In this document: piece after piece, positions 31,601 to 40,386 of the stretch | Layout of the letters: each line of letters begins with the position of its first letter | Position numbering within the stretch: the stretch's first letter is position 1 | Source: an uncultured Candidatus Entotheonella sp. | Lineage (GTDB): Bacteria; Tectomicrobia; Entotheonellia; Entotheonellales; Entotheonellaceae | Length of the DNA stretch: 64,000 bases | Direction of reading: 5' to 3' | NCBI GenBank assembly: GCA_965215335.1 | Contig: CBDCDA010000001.1 | Coordinates: forward strand, 640,001 to 704,000 | Translations under genes and position numbers: made by a program | The notes under the pieces: model-generated | What the model was told of the DNA's origin: nothing | Databases searched by the model: none | The model's input: only the letters and a program-made list of their open reading frames with translations

Positions 31601-32253
31601 CCGTTGCAACCCTTGTCGAAGGGCAGGAAGTGCGTCGCCTGGCCGGCCAGGCGAGTGGTCATGCGTACCGCTTCGGTATCCACCGCAAAATGCACCAGCG
31701 TGCGGCGCTTGAACACGAAGACCGGCTCGCGCGGGTCGCGGTCCTGCTGGTACTGGCGCACCGCATCCTCTACCCGCTGGCCTGTCAGCGGGTTCTTCAG
31801 TTCCAGCGTCACGACAGGGATGCCGTTCAGGCTCAGGGTGACGTCCAGCGACTGCTCGGAACGCGGCGAAAAGTGGAGTTGGCGGGTCAGCCCCAGACGG
31901 TTGGCCGCGTAACGGGATTCAAGCTCGGGATTCAACTCGTGCGCCGCCTTGAAGTAGGCGGCGCGGAGCGTTCGCCCGTAGCACTTGAAGCCGTGCCGCA
32001 GGGTTGCGAGCGCGCCGTTGGCGTCCATCCACTTGCAAAGATCGGCAAGGATCTGCTCGCCGGTCCTGTCGCCGTGCAGTGCTTCGAGCTTCTCCCACGC
32101 CTGCGGTTGCGTTTCGCGAACGAAGGCGAGGACGGTGTCAGGAAAAATGGCGCGCTCGCGATCGAAGCCGTCCCGCGCTACCGAAACGTACCCGTTCGCC
32201 AGCAGGTGGGCTTCGATGACGGTTTCGAAGGCGGCTTCGCTCGTGTGCTTCAT
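28672..32253 (-). CDS. hsdR: Type I restriction endonuclease subunit R with a C-terminal S24 (LexA-like) peptidase domain
   Basis: [28 protein letters not shown] and QTLSRLNR; tail has AAAG, GRSMEP and TVKR. Confidence 0.92.
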   Translation of the reverse strand: MKHTSEAAFETVIEAHLLANGYVSVARDGFDRERAIFPDTVLAFVRETQPQAWEKLEALHGDRTGEQILADLCKWMDANGALATLRHGFKCYGRTLRAAYFKAAHELNPELESRYAANRLGLTRQLHFSPRSEQSLDVTLSLNGIPVVTLELKNPLTGQRVEDAVRQYQQDRDPREPVFVFKRRTLVHFAVDTEAVRMTTRLAGQATHFLPFDKGCNGAAGNPPDPAGRTYRTAYLWEEVLRRDSLLDILARFIHLQTAEKRDDQGRKVRTESMIFPRYHQLEAVRTLVDAARRESAGNNYLVEHSAGSGKSNTIAWLAHRLASLHDAANDRVFDSVVVVTDRVVLDQQLQDTIYQFEHKRGVVQRIDESSRQLAEALDHAVPVIITTLQKFPFVSRHLLRLAEERGTTGTGTLATRRCAVIVDEAHSSQGGETATDLKEVLGGEALREAARQRAAAEGREDLEALFRSMAKRGRQANLSFFAFTATPKHKTLAVFGRHGRPVHRYTMRQAIEEGFILDVLKFYTTYRTYFNLLKACDDDPNVERKKAARALARFMRLHPHNVAQKTEVMVEHFEAVTRHKIGGRAKAMVVTGSRLEAVRYKQGFDRYIREKGYAIRSLVAFSGTVADDELAGVTHTEPGMNHGLPEKELPEKFATPAYQVLLVAEKYQTGFDQPLLHTMYVDKRLAGIQAVQTLSRLNRVHPRKEDTFVLDFVNDREEIQEAFKTYYEGAAMGEEVDPARMYAVKGELDASGVYLGEEVERFCGVYFAPKQRQSAADHRTMNAAIDPAVARFAARRDENEEEAEDWRGKLQAFLNLYAFLSQVIPYQDSDLERLYVFLRHLAAKLPRRKSGPAYRFDDEVRLEYYRLQKISEGSIALQGGEARRLDGPTEVGSGMARPQAVPLSQLVDALNERFGTDFNQADQLFFDQIVAAALADDGVRQAAAVNPGDKFELVFKGLLENLFVERMDQNEGIFVRFMNDASFQNAVTERMASEAYRRLTSDAGSRGPGQAARDALPPRLRVVEPRPEERYVTCVPLVPLKAAAGAFSDSQHLDDDGFAWVAVDTTRRLRRGMFVAQVVGRSMEPRIPDGAYCLFAAPVAGTRQGKTVLVQMRDGTDPESGQRYTVKRYQSEKASDGDAWRHARITLKPVNRDFAPIVLTGADEGQLQVVAEVVDVLDGKREDDRNGVSING

Positions 32254-32339
32254 GGCTGACATCCCTGGAACTCCCCGCAATGCTCGCATGGCTCCGGTCG
32301 CCGTTCTGCCTGGCGTCATGCCAGGCCGCGAGTACCGAT

Positions 32340-32603
32340 TCAGTCCTTGCAGCCTGGTTCAGTCGAGGGCGTTCCGCAAGCTCTTTTTCGTCCCGGCGAA
32401 CGTGTCCCGACAAGGCTCCCTGAATCACCCTGCGGTTTGTTCACCTGCTTCACGTACGCCGAAAGGCACACGCACAGCGTATCCAGCACCGTCGTCCTGC
32501 CAACGCCGTCGACGCCGACAATCAGGTTGACGCCCGGCTGGAATCGAAACGCGGCGGCCTCGATCGTGCGGACGTTGGCGAGTTTCAGGAACGTAACTCG
32601 CAT
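32340..32603 (-). pseudogene. Truncated AAA/ABC-type ATPase (N-terminus only)
   Basis: MRVTFLKLANVR...GVNLIVGVDGVGRTTVLD, a degenerate Walker A; homology ends after about 55 aa. Confidence 0.7.
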
Positions 32604-33949
32604 GCCTCCTCCTTCACGTCGATCTGGCCGGTTACCGCAGCAGAGATGAGCGACGCGCGGCGTTCCTTGAGGAGGGCGATGGTATCCTCGGTCATTGAAG
32701 ACAACGTATCCAGCCGCGCCGTCTCGCGGTCGAGGTAGTCGGCGATGGCACGCTGCTTGCGCCACTGCGGGACCGGCATCCGATAATTCCGAATGAAATC
32801 CTCCGGTACGCGCTGTTGGCCAGCGGCTCCGGTCATGCACGCTGTACCAGCCACCCTGAATCGTGGATCTGTCGTTACATAGTAAAGAAACTTGCCGTGT
32901 ATCTCAGCACTTGGCCTCAGGACGTAAAGTTCCGTTGTCCCATAGGCCACACCATCGAGGGTGTTACTGACGAGGGCTCCCTTGCCATTTTCAAAACATG
33001 GCGTGATCTTGGCTACAAGAACATCGCCGTCGAAGCACTGTGTGTAGCCTGAACGTACGTCTTCAAGATCGCGCACACGTGACGTATCAAGCCGACCTTG
33101 TTCGCCAATCGCCTCCATTGGCAGGAAGGTCACACGAGAAGCGCGGGCGAGTCGCTGCCGATTATCCGACGAAAGGCCTCGCTGCATGACGTGGCGGAGC
33201 CGCTTTGTGGGCCAGCGCCGCTGAGTGGATACCCTCACCCCGTCACCTCCCGCAACAGCCGCATGATCTCCTAAACCAACCGGATCAGGGTGCGCTTGTT
33301 CAACAGCACCGAGGCCGCGGGTGACGGCTCGCGTGATGAGCGCCCGGCGCTTCTCGGTCAACAGATCGAGCAGTCGTTCTTTGGCCGCTACCAATGCGTC
33401 GAGCCGCGCCGTCTCGCGGTCGAGGTAGTCGGCGATGGCGCGCTGTTGGTCTTCGTCAGGCAGGTACACCCACTGTTCTTCAAACTTTTCCACCGTGAAA
33501 TGTGCAATCGTCGATCTGTTGCAGATGATGTCAAACCAGCCTTGGTTCGAAGCGTGTTTCAACAGGTAGGCAAGAAATCTGGGTTCCGCTCCGTTGCGGC
33601 CACGTACCAAGTGCAAAGCATTTTGGATAATTGTTCGACCTTGTGGCGCGCCGGCAACTATCGCGGCCCTGCCGACCTCTCCACCTTCACAGACAAGCAG
33701 GTCTCCTGACCTGACGAGCAAGGCATCTATCTCCGCCTCCGAAGCCCACATCGTCGGCAGGTCAGACAGTTGTACACGGTCCCACTGCACATGTTGTGCC
33801 TTCAAGTAAGGAACTTCGATTTCGGAAGAAGCTGACGGACTGTTCTGAAGCATCTTGCCTAGTGTGACGGAAAAAGCACGCTTGACCTGCAGACTATGCC
33901 AGTCAGCAGCGATACACGGCTGCCATGGCGTTCTGTCAATCCCATTCAC
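32585..33949 (-). CDS. hsdS: Type I RM specificity subunit (TRD-A plus TRD-B)
   Basis: Two QRAIADYLDRETARLD conserved helices; SLISAAVTGQID; lies between hsdM and hsdR. Confidence 0.93.
   Translation of the reverse strand: MNGIDRTPWQPCIAADWHSLQVKRAFSVTLGKMLQNSPSASSEIEVPYLKAQHVQWDRVQLSDLPTMWASEAEIDALLVRSGDLLVCEGGEVGRAAIVAGAPQGRTIIQNALHLVRGRNGAEPRFLAYLLKHASNQGWFDIICNRSTIAHFTVEKFEEQWVYLPDEDQQRAIADYLDRETARLDALVAAKERLLDLLTEKRRALITRAVTRGLGAVEQAHPDPVGLGDHAAVAGGDGVRVSTQRRWPTKRLRHVMQRGLSSDNRQRLARASRVTFLPMEAIGEQGRLDTSRVRDLEDVRSGYTQCFDGDVLVAKITPCFENGKGALVSNTLDGVAYGTTELYVLRPSAEIHGKFLYYVTTDPRFRVAGTACMTGAAGQQRVPEDFIRNYRMPVPQWRKQRAIADYLDRETARLDTLSSMTEDTIALLKERRASLISAAVTGQIDVKEEACELRS
33235..33271 (-). repeat. 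37-bp hsd repeat, copy in front of TRD-B inside hsdS
   Basis: GGAGATCATGCGGCTGTTGCGGGAGGTGACGGGGTGA on the minus strand. Confidence 0.92.
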
Positions 33950-33982
33950 CCCGTCACCTCCCGCAACAGCCGCGTGATCTCC
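33946..33982 (-). repeat. 37-bp hsd repeat, copy at the hsdM stop / hsdS start
   Basis: GGAGATCACGCGGCTGTTGCGGGAGGTGACGGGGTGA (1 mismatch). Confidence 0.92.
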
Positions 33983-35931
33983 GCCTCCGCCTGCTTCAGA
34001 TCCGCGTCGATTGCCTCCAGCGGTCGCGGCGGCGTGTACCTGTAGAAATGACGGTTGAAGTTGATCTCGTAGCCGGTCTTGTCCCTGGTTCTGTCCATCC
34101 AGGCGTCGGGCACGTGAGGACGAACTTCGCGCTCGAACCAGGCGTCGACGTCGTCCTTGAGCGGCACGTTCTCGAAATCGCGCAGGTCGGTGTCAGGCTC
34201 GCAGGCGGCCTCCCGGCCATCCTTCCTGACCGGCTCGGCCTGCACATCTTTTCCGGTGAAGACGTCGCGGAAGAACTTCTGTTCCGCCTTCTTCCAGCGC
34301 GCCTGCCGCTCATGCAGGAGATCGGTAATACGCTCCCATGTCGCATGCCAGTCGCGGATCGGTTCGCGGCCCAACGCCTTGTCGATGGCCCGCACGTCGT
34401 CGAGCAGGTGCGGACACGCATCGAGGAAGTGGGCCATGTCGTCCGACGTCATCTGGTAGCGCAGGCGCAAGGGTCGCTCCACGGTGACGCGCGTGTAGCC
34501 GAAGTCGGCGTTGTCGAAGCACTTCGAGCGCTCATGGTCCTCGAAGCGGCCATAGAGGCGCACAATCTCTTCAATCTGCCGCGCCGCCAGGTGGCGGCGC
34601 TTGTCGCCCAGGCTGCGCCTGTTGTCCTCGCTGCCACCCGGGGTCCACAGGTCGCGCGCGTCCAGGAGTTGAACCCTGCCCTTGCGACGATCCTCCTTGC
34701 GGTTGGTGACGATCCAGACCCAGGTGCCGATGCCGGTGTTGTAGAACATCTGCTCCGGCAGGGCGATGATGGCCTCCAGCCAGTCGTTCTCGATGAACCA
34801 CTGGCGGACGTTGCTCTCGCCCGAACCGGCGCCGCCGCTGAACAGCGGCGAGCCACTGAAGACGATGGCGAGCCGGGAGCCGTGCTTGCGTTCCGCCGGC
34901 TGCACGGGTTCGCGCTTGTGCCACATGTGCTGCAGGAAGAGCAGCGAACCGTCGTTGACGCGCGGCAGGCCGGCGCCGAAGCGGCCATCGAAGCCGCGTT
35001 GGTCGTGCTCCTGCCTGATCTCCTTCTGCTGCCGCTTCCAGTCCACCCCGAAGGGCGGGTTGGTGAGGAAGTAATCGAAGGTTTCCGCCGCGAACCGGTC
35101 CTCGGTCAGGCTGTCGCCGTGCCGGACGTTGGCGCCACTGCCGTTGGGGGCCACCTGCTTCATGAGCATGTCCGATGCGGCGGTGGCGAAGGCGCGCCGG
35201 TTGTAGTCCTGCCCGTAGACGAAGAGCCGCGCAGCCCCGTGGTGCTCGCGCAGGTAGTTCTGCGCCTCCGCCAGCATGCCGCCGGTGCCGCAGGCCGGGT
35301 CGAGCAGCTTGCGGACGACGCCGGGCGTGGCGAGCAGTTGGTCGTCCTCGATGAACAGGATGCTCACCATCAGCCGGATGACGTCGCGCGGCGTGAAGTG
35401 GTCGCCGGCCGTCTCGTTGGCCAACTCGTTGAAACGGCGAATCAGGTTCTCGAAGATGAGCCCCATTTGCTCGTTCGGCACCGTATCGGGGTGCAGGTCG
35501 ACGTCGGCAAACCTGGAAATGACGAGGTACAGAACGTTCGCCTCACGCATCCGTTCGATCTCGTTCTCGAATTCGAAGAATTCGAAGATGTCGCGCACGT
35601 TCTTCGAAAAGCCGTTGATATAGCCGACCAGGTGCCTTTCGACATGGTCCGGGTCCCCCTTGAGCTTCTCGAAGTCGAGGGGGGAGCGGTTATGAAAGCG
35701 CTGTCCGGCAGCCCGGTTCAGCCGCAGGTCCAGGGCCTCGCCTTCGAGCTTGTCGCGGCGTCTTCCGTACTCGGCCAGCACCTCGGCTTTCGACGGGGCA
35801 AGCACGCAGTCGAACCGCCGCAGCACGGTCATGGGCAGCATGACGCGCTCGTACTGCGGCGGCCGGTAGGGGCCGCGCAACAGCTCGGCAATCTGCCAGA
35901 GCAGGTTCGCGAAGTCGTTGTGGTCAGGCAT
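33946..35931 (-). CDS. hsdM: Type I RM N6-adenine methyltransferase
   Basis: HFTPRDV, DPACGTGG, NPPF and MFYNTGI motifs. Confidence 0.96.
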   Translation of the reverse strand: MPDHNDFANLLWQIAELLRGPYRPPQYERVMLPMTVLRRFDCVLAPSKAEVLAEYGRRRDKLEGEALDLRLNRAAGQRFHNRSPLDFEKLKGDPDHVERHLVGYINGFSKNVRDIFEFFEFENEIERMREANVLYLVISRFADVDLHPDTVPNEQMGLIFENLIRRFNELANETAGDHFTPRDVIRLMVSILFIEDDQLLATPGVVRKLLDPACGTGGMLAEAQNYLREHHGAARLFVYGQDYNRRAFATAASDMLMKQVAPNGSGANVRHGDSLTEDRFAAETFDYFLTNPPFGVDWKRQQKEIRQEHDQRGFDGRFGAGLPRVNDGSLLFLQHMWHKREPVQPAERKHGSRLAIVFSGSPLFSGGAGSGESNVRQWFIENDWLEAIIALPEQMFYNTGIGTWVWIVTNRKEDRRKGRVQLLDARDLWTPGGSEDNRRSLGDKRRHLAARQIEEIVRLYGRFEDHERSKCFDNADFGYTRVTVERPLRLRYQMTSDDMAHFLDACPHLLDDVRAIDKALGREPIRDWHATWERITDLLHERQARWKKAEQKFFRDVFTGKDVQAEPVRKDGREAACEPDTDLRDFENVPLKDDVDAWFEREVRPHVPDAWMDRTRDKTGYEINFNRHFYRYTPPRPLEAIDADLKQAEAEITRLLREVTG

Positions 35932-36005
35932 TTATCCGTTCACTCCCGCCGGGATGTCCCGTCCGGCCTCGTGCTGCGCCATGACCCACCCCCTTTCCCC
36001 GTTCG

Positions 36006-36035
36006 TTGACACGTCCGAGACCCCCTTGCTATACT
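36006..36035 (+). promoter_or_regulatory. Sigma70-type promoter of rpsT
   Basis: TTGACA-N18-TATACT with an extended -10 TG; AAGGAGG ribosome-binding site follows. Confidence 0.7.
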
Positions 36036-36061
36036 GCCTCCACTGAAAGGAGGCCTTATTC

Positions 36062-36340
36062 ATGGCAAATCGTCATCCCTCGGCCCTGAAGCGCAACCGC
36101 CAAAACAAGAAGCGAAACCAGCGCAACACCATGCTGCGATCGGCCCTGCGCACCACCATCCGGCGCGTCACCTCGGCCGTCGCGCGAAACGACGTTCCCA
36201 CCGCGCAAGCCGAGCTGCCCGTTGCGGTTCGCGCCCTGGGCAAAGCCTCGACCAAGGGCATCATCCACAAGAACCAGGCTTCCCGTCGCATCTCCCGCCT
36301 CACCCGCAAGGTGGCGGCGCTCGCCGGTCCGTCCGCCTAA
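36062..36340 (+). CDS. rpsT: 30S ribosomal protein S20
   Basis: MANRHPSALKRNRQ...KGIIHKNQASRRISRL. Confidence 0.96.
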   Translation: MANRHPSALKRNRQNKKRNQRNTMLRSALRTTIRRVTSAVARNDVPTAQAELPVAVRALGKASTKGIIHKNQASRRISRLTRKVAALAGPSA

Positions 36341-37341
36341 ACCCCCGCGCACAACTGGAGAATCAGACCCTCCAGGATAGCCCGCGGGGGTTTGTTCGTG
36401 CTCTTGAACGTCAAATCTGCCTCCAAGGCCGCCCCGTACAATTCCTGCAGCCGCTCGGCAGAAAAGGAGCCGCTCTGCCCCGTCAGGGCGCGGCATACGT
36501 TGGGCGGCAGGCGCAGCGTCCTGGCGATGTGGTAGCGGTCCTGACCCTGGCCAACGAACTGCTTGACGCTCCACAGCAGGCGGAAGTGCCGCACGATCAT
36601 GCTCATGACGACGAGCGGCGGCTCGCCCTGATTGAGCAGGTGGTCGACTTCCAGCAACGCCGGCCCCGGCTGCCGGCCACCAAGCGCGTCGGACAGCGCA
36701 AAGAGGGAATGCTGCCGCGACGCCTGCCCCACCGCCTGCACGTCTTCCAGGCTCACCTCCCCCGGCTCGCCCACGTACGTGCACAGCTTCTCGATCTCGC
36801 GCTCCAGAATCCGCAGGTCGGGGTCGTGGTCGTGCAGCAGGCCACGAACCGCCTCGTCGGTAATGCGGTAGCCCGCCGCCGCCACCGCCCTAGCCACCCA
36901 GCCGCGCAGGCTGCCGCCCTCCAGCGGCGCACAGGCCACTGCCAGCGCGTGCTTCCACACGAAATCGGGAAATTTTTTCGGCTCGCCATCGCGGCTGGCG
37001 GCGATCAGCGCGGTGCTCTCGGAAGGCGACGTCACATAGCCTTCCATCTGCCTCCAGTCGGCTTTGCGCAACTCCTGCAAATCCTGCACCACCACCACGC
37101 GATGCGCCGCCATGACGGGCAGCGTGCGGGCCGTTCCCAACGCCTCGGCGAGGCTGTCGCGGTCCGCCATGGAATAGCGGTCGTAATTGAAATCGCGCGG
37201 CGCGGCACCGAGGATGCGGGCCGTGAGGGCTCCGGTGTACTCGCGGACGAGGTAGGCTTCCTGGCCAAAGAAGAGGTAGAACGGATCAATGGTGCCCTGG
37301 TCCAATCGCTGCCAGAGGTCGGCGATGGCAAGACGCGGCAT
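36337..37341 (-). CDS. holA: DNA polymerase III delta subunit
   Basis: YLFFGQEAYL, TLPVMAAHRVVVV and EIEKLCTY motifs; lptE-holA-rpsT synteny. Confidence 0.9.
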   Translation of the reverse strand: MPRLAIADLWQRLDQGTIDPFYLFFGQEAYLVREYTGALTARILGAAPRDFNYDRYSMADRDSLAEALGTARTLPVMAAHRVVVVQDLQELRKADWRQMEGYVTSPSESTALIAASRDGEPKKFPDFVWKHALAVACAPLEGGSLRGWVARAVAAAGYRITDEAVRGLLHDHDPDLRILEREIEKLCTYVGEPGEVSLEDVQAVGQASRQHSLFALSDALGGRQPGPALLEVDHLLNQGEPPLVVMSMIVRHFRLLWSVKQFVGQGQDRYHIARTLRLPPNVCRALTGQSGSFSAERLQELYGAALEADLTFKSTNKPPRAILEGLILQLCAGV

Positions 37342-37345
37342 GCGG

Positions 37346-37957
37346 TCACACTTCCAACAAGGCGAGGGTCAGCCAGGCGGCGCAGCGATCGGCAAACTGC
37401 CGCGCCAGCAGGGCCAGGGCGGCCTCGCGCGCCACGGCCTCTTCGCGCACGTCTCCGGTGCGCGACACCAGGTACTCGGCCCGCGCCAGGATGTCGTGCT
37501 GCAGCTGCGGTTCTTCCCCGCTCAGCACGAGGATGCGGAAGTCGGCTTCAAGGCGATACTCCAGCACGTTGTCGTTCGGGCCGTACGACAACGCCGTGGT
37601 GCGAAAGTGGCGAACGCGCCCCTGCAGCCGCGTCGGCGCCGCGGCTGTCGAGGTCAGCACGAACTCCCGCCCCTGCATCAGCGCCTGGCGTAGCGCCGCC
37701 GTGGCGTAGTGTTCCACCCCGGGTTCGCGCGTTTCGTTGGTGAACGGCTCCACGGCCACCGCGGCAGCCCGCTTGTCGAGCCTGGCCGACGATGAACCGA
37801 TGAGCGTGTAACCGCAGCCCCATACCGTCAACCCAATGACAGCCAGGAGCACCGACCCGTGCCAGTGCCGAGATCGCGAACAGCCAGGGCGCAACTTCTG
37901 TTTTACGCCGGAGGAAGGCGAAACGCCTCGCGGCTCTCTCTGTGGATCGCTATGCAT
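37346..37957 (-). CDS. lptE: LptE-family lipoprotein (true start probably further downstream)
   Basis: Lipobox VWGC-GY; PFTNETREPG; located upstream of holA. Confidence 0.75.
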   Translation of the reverse strand: MHSDPQREPRGVSPSSGVKQKLRPGCSRSRHWHGSVLLAVIGLTVWGCGYTLIGSSSARLDKRAAAVAVEPFTNETREPGVEHYATAALRQALMQGREFVLTSTAAAPTRLQGRVRHFRTTALSYGPNDNVLEYRLEADFRILVLSGEEPQLQHDILARAEYLVSRTGDVREEAVAREAALALLARQFADRCAAWLTLALLEV

Positions 37958-38069
37958 GCGGTGAACTATAGCACGACCGCGGCGTTGCCGTCTGCGCTGC
38001 TGCCAGGCTGAGAGAATGGTGTTGTCCGATCCCTGCAAACTCGGTTATAGTAGGGTCTCGTTCAGCCGT

Positions 38070-38144
38070 GCCCCCGTAGCTCAGCATGGATAGAGCAACG
38101 GCCTCCGGAGCCGTGTGTCGGACGTTCGAATCGTCTCGGGGGTA
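38070..38144 (+). tRNA. tRNA-Arg(CCG)
   Basis: Acceptor stem GCCCCCG/CGGGGGT; D-arm GCTC..GAGC; anticodon arm ACGGC-CTCCGGA-GCCGT; GTTCGAATC T-loop; CCA not fully encoded. Confidence 0.93.
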
Positions 38145-38190
38145 CCTTCCTTCATCGTTTCCCGCCCGGGGTCATCCTGCGAGCCGCGCC

Positions 38191-39480
38191 ATGGAACGCA
38201 TCGAGGTCATCCCAACCCCCGGCATCGCGCCGGAACACACCGTTCCCGGTTCCAAAAGCTATACCAACCGCGCCCTGACCATTGCCGCCATGGCCCGCGG
38301 CACGAGCACCCTGCGCGGCGCCCTGCTCAGCGACGATACGCGCGTTGCGCGCGCCGCCCTCGAACGCCTGGGGATCCAGGTCGCGCGCGACGACGGCGCC
38401 TTCTCCGTGCACGGCCTGGGCGGGCGATTCAGCGACCCCGGCGCGCCCCTGTGCCTCGGCAATTCCGGCACCGCAACCCGATTCCTGACCGCCATGATGA
38501 CCCTGGCGGGTTTCGCCAGCACGGTCACCGGCAATGACCGGATGCAGGAACGCCCCATTGCCGACCTGCTCGCCGCTCTCGCTCAGCTCGGCGCCGAGGT
38601 CGGTAGCGTGCGCGGCAACGGCTGTCCGCCGGTCCGCATCGGCGCCTCGCGTCTGCAAGGCGGTCGCGCCACCGTCTCGGGCGCCATCAGCAGCCAGTTT
38701 CTCTCCGCCCTGCTGATGGCGGCGCCATACGCCCGGCAGGCCGTTGTGCTGGAGGTGCAGGACACCCTGGTGTCGGTGCCCTACGTCGATCTGACCCTGG
38801 ACGTCATGGCGCGCTTTGGTGTCGAGGTGGCGCACGACGATTACCGGCTGTTTCGCATTCCGGGCCGCCAGGTGTACGCGGCCCGGGACTACGCCATCGA
38901 GGGCGATGCGTCCTCGGCCAGCTATTTCTGGGGCCTCGCCGCCCTGCTCGGACAAGCCGTGTGCGTAACCAACGTGCCGCCCGATTCGGTGCAGGGCGAC
39001 ACGCACTTCCTGCAGGTGCTGGAGCGCATGGGCTGCACCGTGTCGCGGCGCCAGGGATGGCACGTCGCCGGGCCGCAACAGTTGCGGCCGCTCGGCGACG
39101 TCGACCTCAACGCCCTCCCCGACGCCGCCATGACGGTGGCCGTACTCGCCGCTTTCTGCCACGGCGCAACGCGCCTGCGCAACATCGCCAACCTGCGCGT
39201 GAAGGAAACCGACCGCCTGCACGCCCTCGCCACCGAGTTGCGCAAGATCGGCGCCGCGGTGACGGAATTGCCCGACGGCCTGCACATCGACGGCAACCCC
39301 ACCGCCCTGCATGGGGCGGAAATCGATACCTACGACGACCACCGCATGGCCATGTGCTTCGGCATGGCCGGCGCCCGCCTGCCGGGTATCCGCGTCCGCG
39401 AGCCGGGCTGCGTCGCCAAGACCTACCCCGGCTTCTGGGACGACCTGCGGCGCGTCGGCATCGCCGTCGAGAAGGTGTGA
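38191..39480 (+). CDS. aroA: EPSP synthase
   Basis: PGSKSYTNRA, GNSGTATRF, SSQFLS, RVKETDR and DHRMAM motifs. Confidence 0.97.
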   Translation: MERIEVIPTPGIAPEHTVPGSKSYTNRALTIAAMARGTSTLRGALLSDDTRVARAALERLGIQVARDDGAFSVHGLGGRFSDPGAPLCLGNSGTATRFLTAMMTLAGFASTVTGNDRMQERPIADLLAALAQLGAEVGSVRGNGCPPVRIGASRLQGGRATVSGAISSQFLSALLMAAPYARQAVVLEVQDTLVSVPYVDLTLDVMARFGVEVAHDDYRLFRIPGRQVYAARDYAIEGDASSASYFWGLAALLGQAVCVTNVPPDSVQGDTHFLQVLERMGCTVSRRQGWHVAGPQQLRPLGDVDLNALPDAAMTVAVLAAFCHGATRLRNIANLRVKETDRLHALATELRKIGAAVTELPDGLHIDGNPTALHGAEIDTYDDHRMAMCFGMAGARLPGIRVREPGCVAKTYPGFWDDLRRVGIAVEKV

Positions 39481-39483
39481 GGC

Positions 39484-40062
39484 GTGAACGTCGTCCTGAC
39501 CGGCCTGCGCGGCACCGGCAAGAGCACCCTCGGCAGGGCCCTCGCCCGCCGGCTGGGCTACGGCTTCCGCGACACCGATCAAGACGTCGTGCGCTGCGCC
39601 GGCATGTCCATCAACGACATCGTGGCGCAGAACGGCTGGGACCATTTTCGTGCCCTGGAACGCCAGGTCGTGGCGGACGCCGCGCGGCTCCGCGCCCACG
39701 TCATCGCGGTCGGCGGCGGCGCCCTGATCGACGCGGACAACGCGCGGGTCCTCAAGGCGGGCAGCGTCGTGGTTCTGCTGGTCTGCGACCTGGCGGTATT
39801 GGCGGCGCGCATCGCCCGCCACAGCCACCGCCCGTCCCTCACCGGACAGGGACCCGCGGAAGCGGAAATGGCCCAGGTGTGGGGGGAACGGCGCGAGCGC
39901 TATCACGCCGTCGCGGACCTGACGTATGACGTGTCGGCGCAAAGCAGACATGAGGCGGACGACCTGCGCCGCAAGGCGCGGGCCATTCACCGCCTGCTGC
40001 AGCAGGCGGACCGTTTCGCGGCGGGCTGCGGGCTGATTGGTGACAGGCCAAAGGGATCGTGA
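39484..40062 (+). CDS. aroK: Shikimate kinase
   Basis: GLRGTGKS, DTD, FRALE, GGG and RP motifs. Confidence 0.92.
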   Translation: MNVVLTGLRGTGKSTLGRALARRLGYGFRDTDQDVVRCAGMSINDIVAQNGWDHFRALERQVVADAARLRAHVIAVGGGALIDADNARVLKAGSVVVLLVCDLAVLAARIARHSHRPSLTGQGPAEAEMAQVWGERRERYHAVADLTYDVSAQSRHEADDLRRKARAIHRLLQQADRFAAGCGLIGDRPKGS

Positions 40063-40283
40063 CGATGATTTTGGAAGCTCTGCACGACGTATTCGTCGTT
40101 CTGAAATGGCTTTTCGGGCTTGGCGCCCTGATGGCGTTGCTGGGCATCGGCCTGGTGCTGCTGTGGTTTGCCGCGCGCGCCGTTGTCGTACGGGCGCTGC
40201 GCAACCGGTCCGCCGACCGGTTTCCTGTTCTGCGCAAGCTGTTTCTCGAAATAACCGTCTCTTGTCCCGGATTCCCCCCTTGA
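40059..40283 (+). CDS. Small membrane protein
   Basis: Hydrophobic segment; start overlaps the aroK stop. Confidence 0.4.
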   Translation: MTMILEALHDVFVVLKWLFGLGALMALLGIGLVLLWFAARAVVVRALRNRSADRFPVLRKLFLEITVSCPGFPP

Positions 40284-40386
40284 CGATCTCAGACCGGCAT
40301 GGGGAATCGACTTTTTCGGCGCCAGGACGCCGGGCGGTGGATCCGCTGCTCGCCGAGACCCGGGAACACCTCGACGAGGCGTCCGG

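Noticed and set aside
38070..38144. tRNA-Arg as an island attachment site
   Set aside because: No duplicated tRNA 3' end or integrase seen; aroA follows directly
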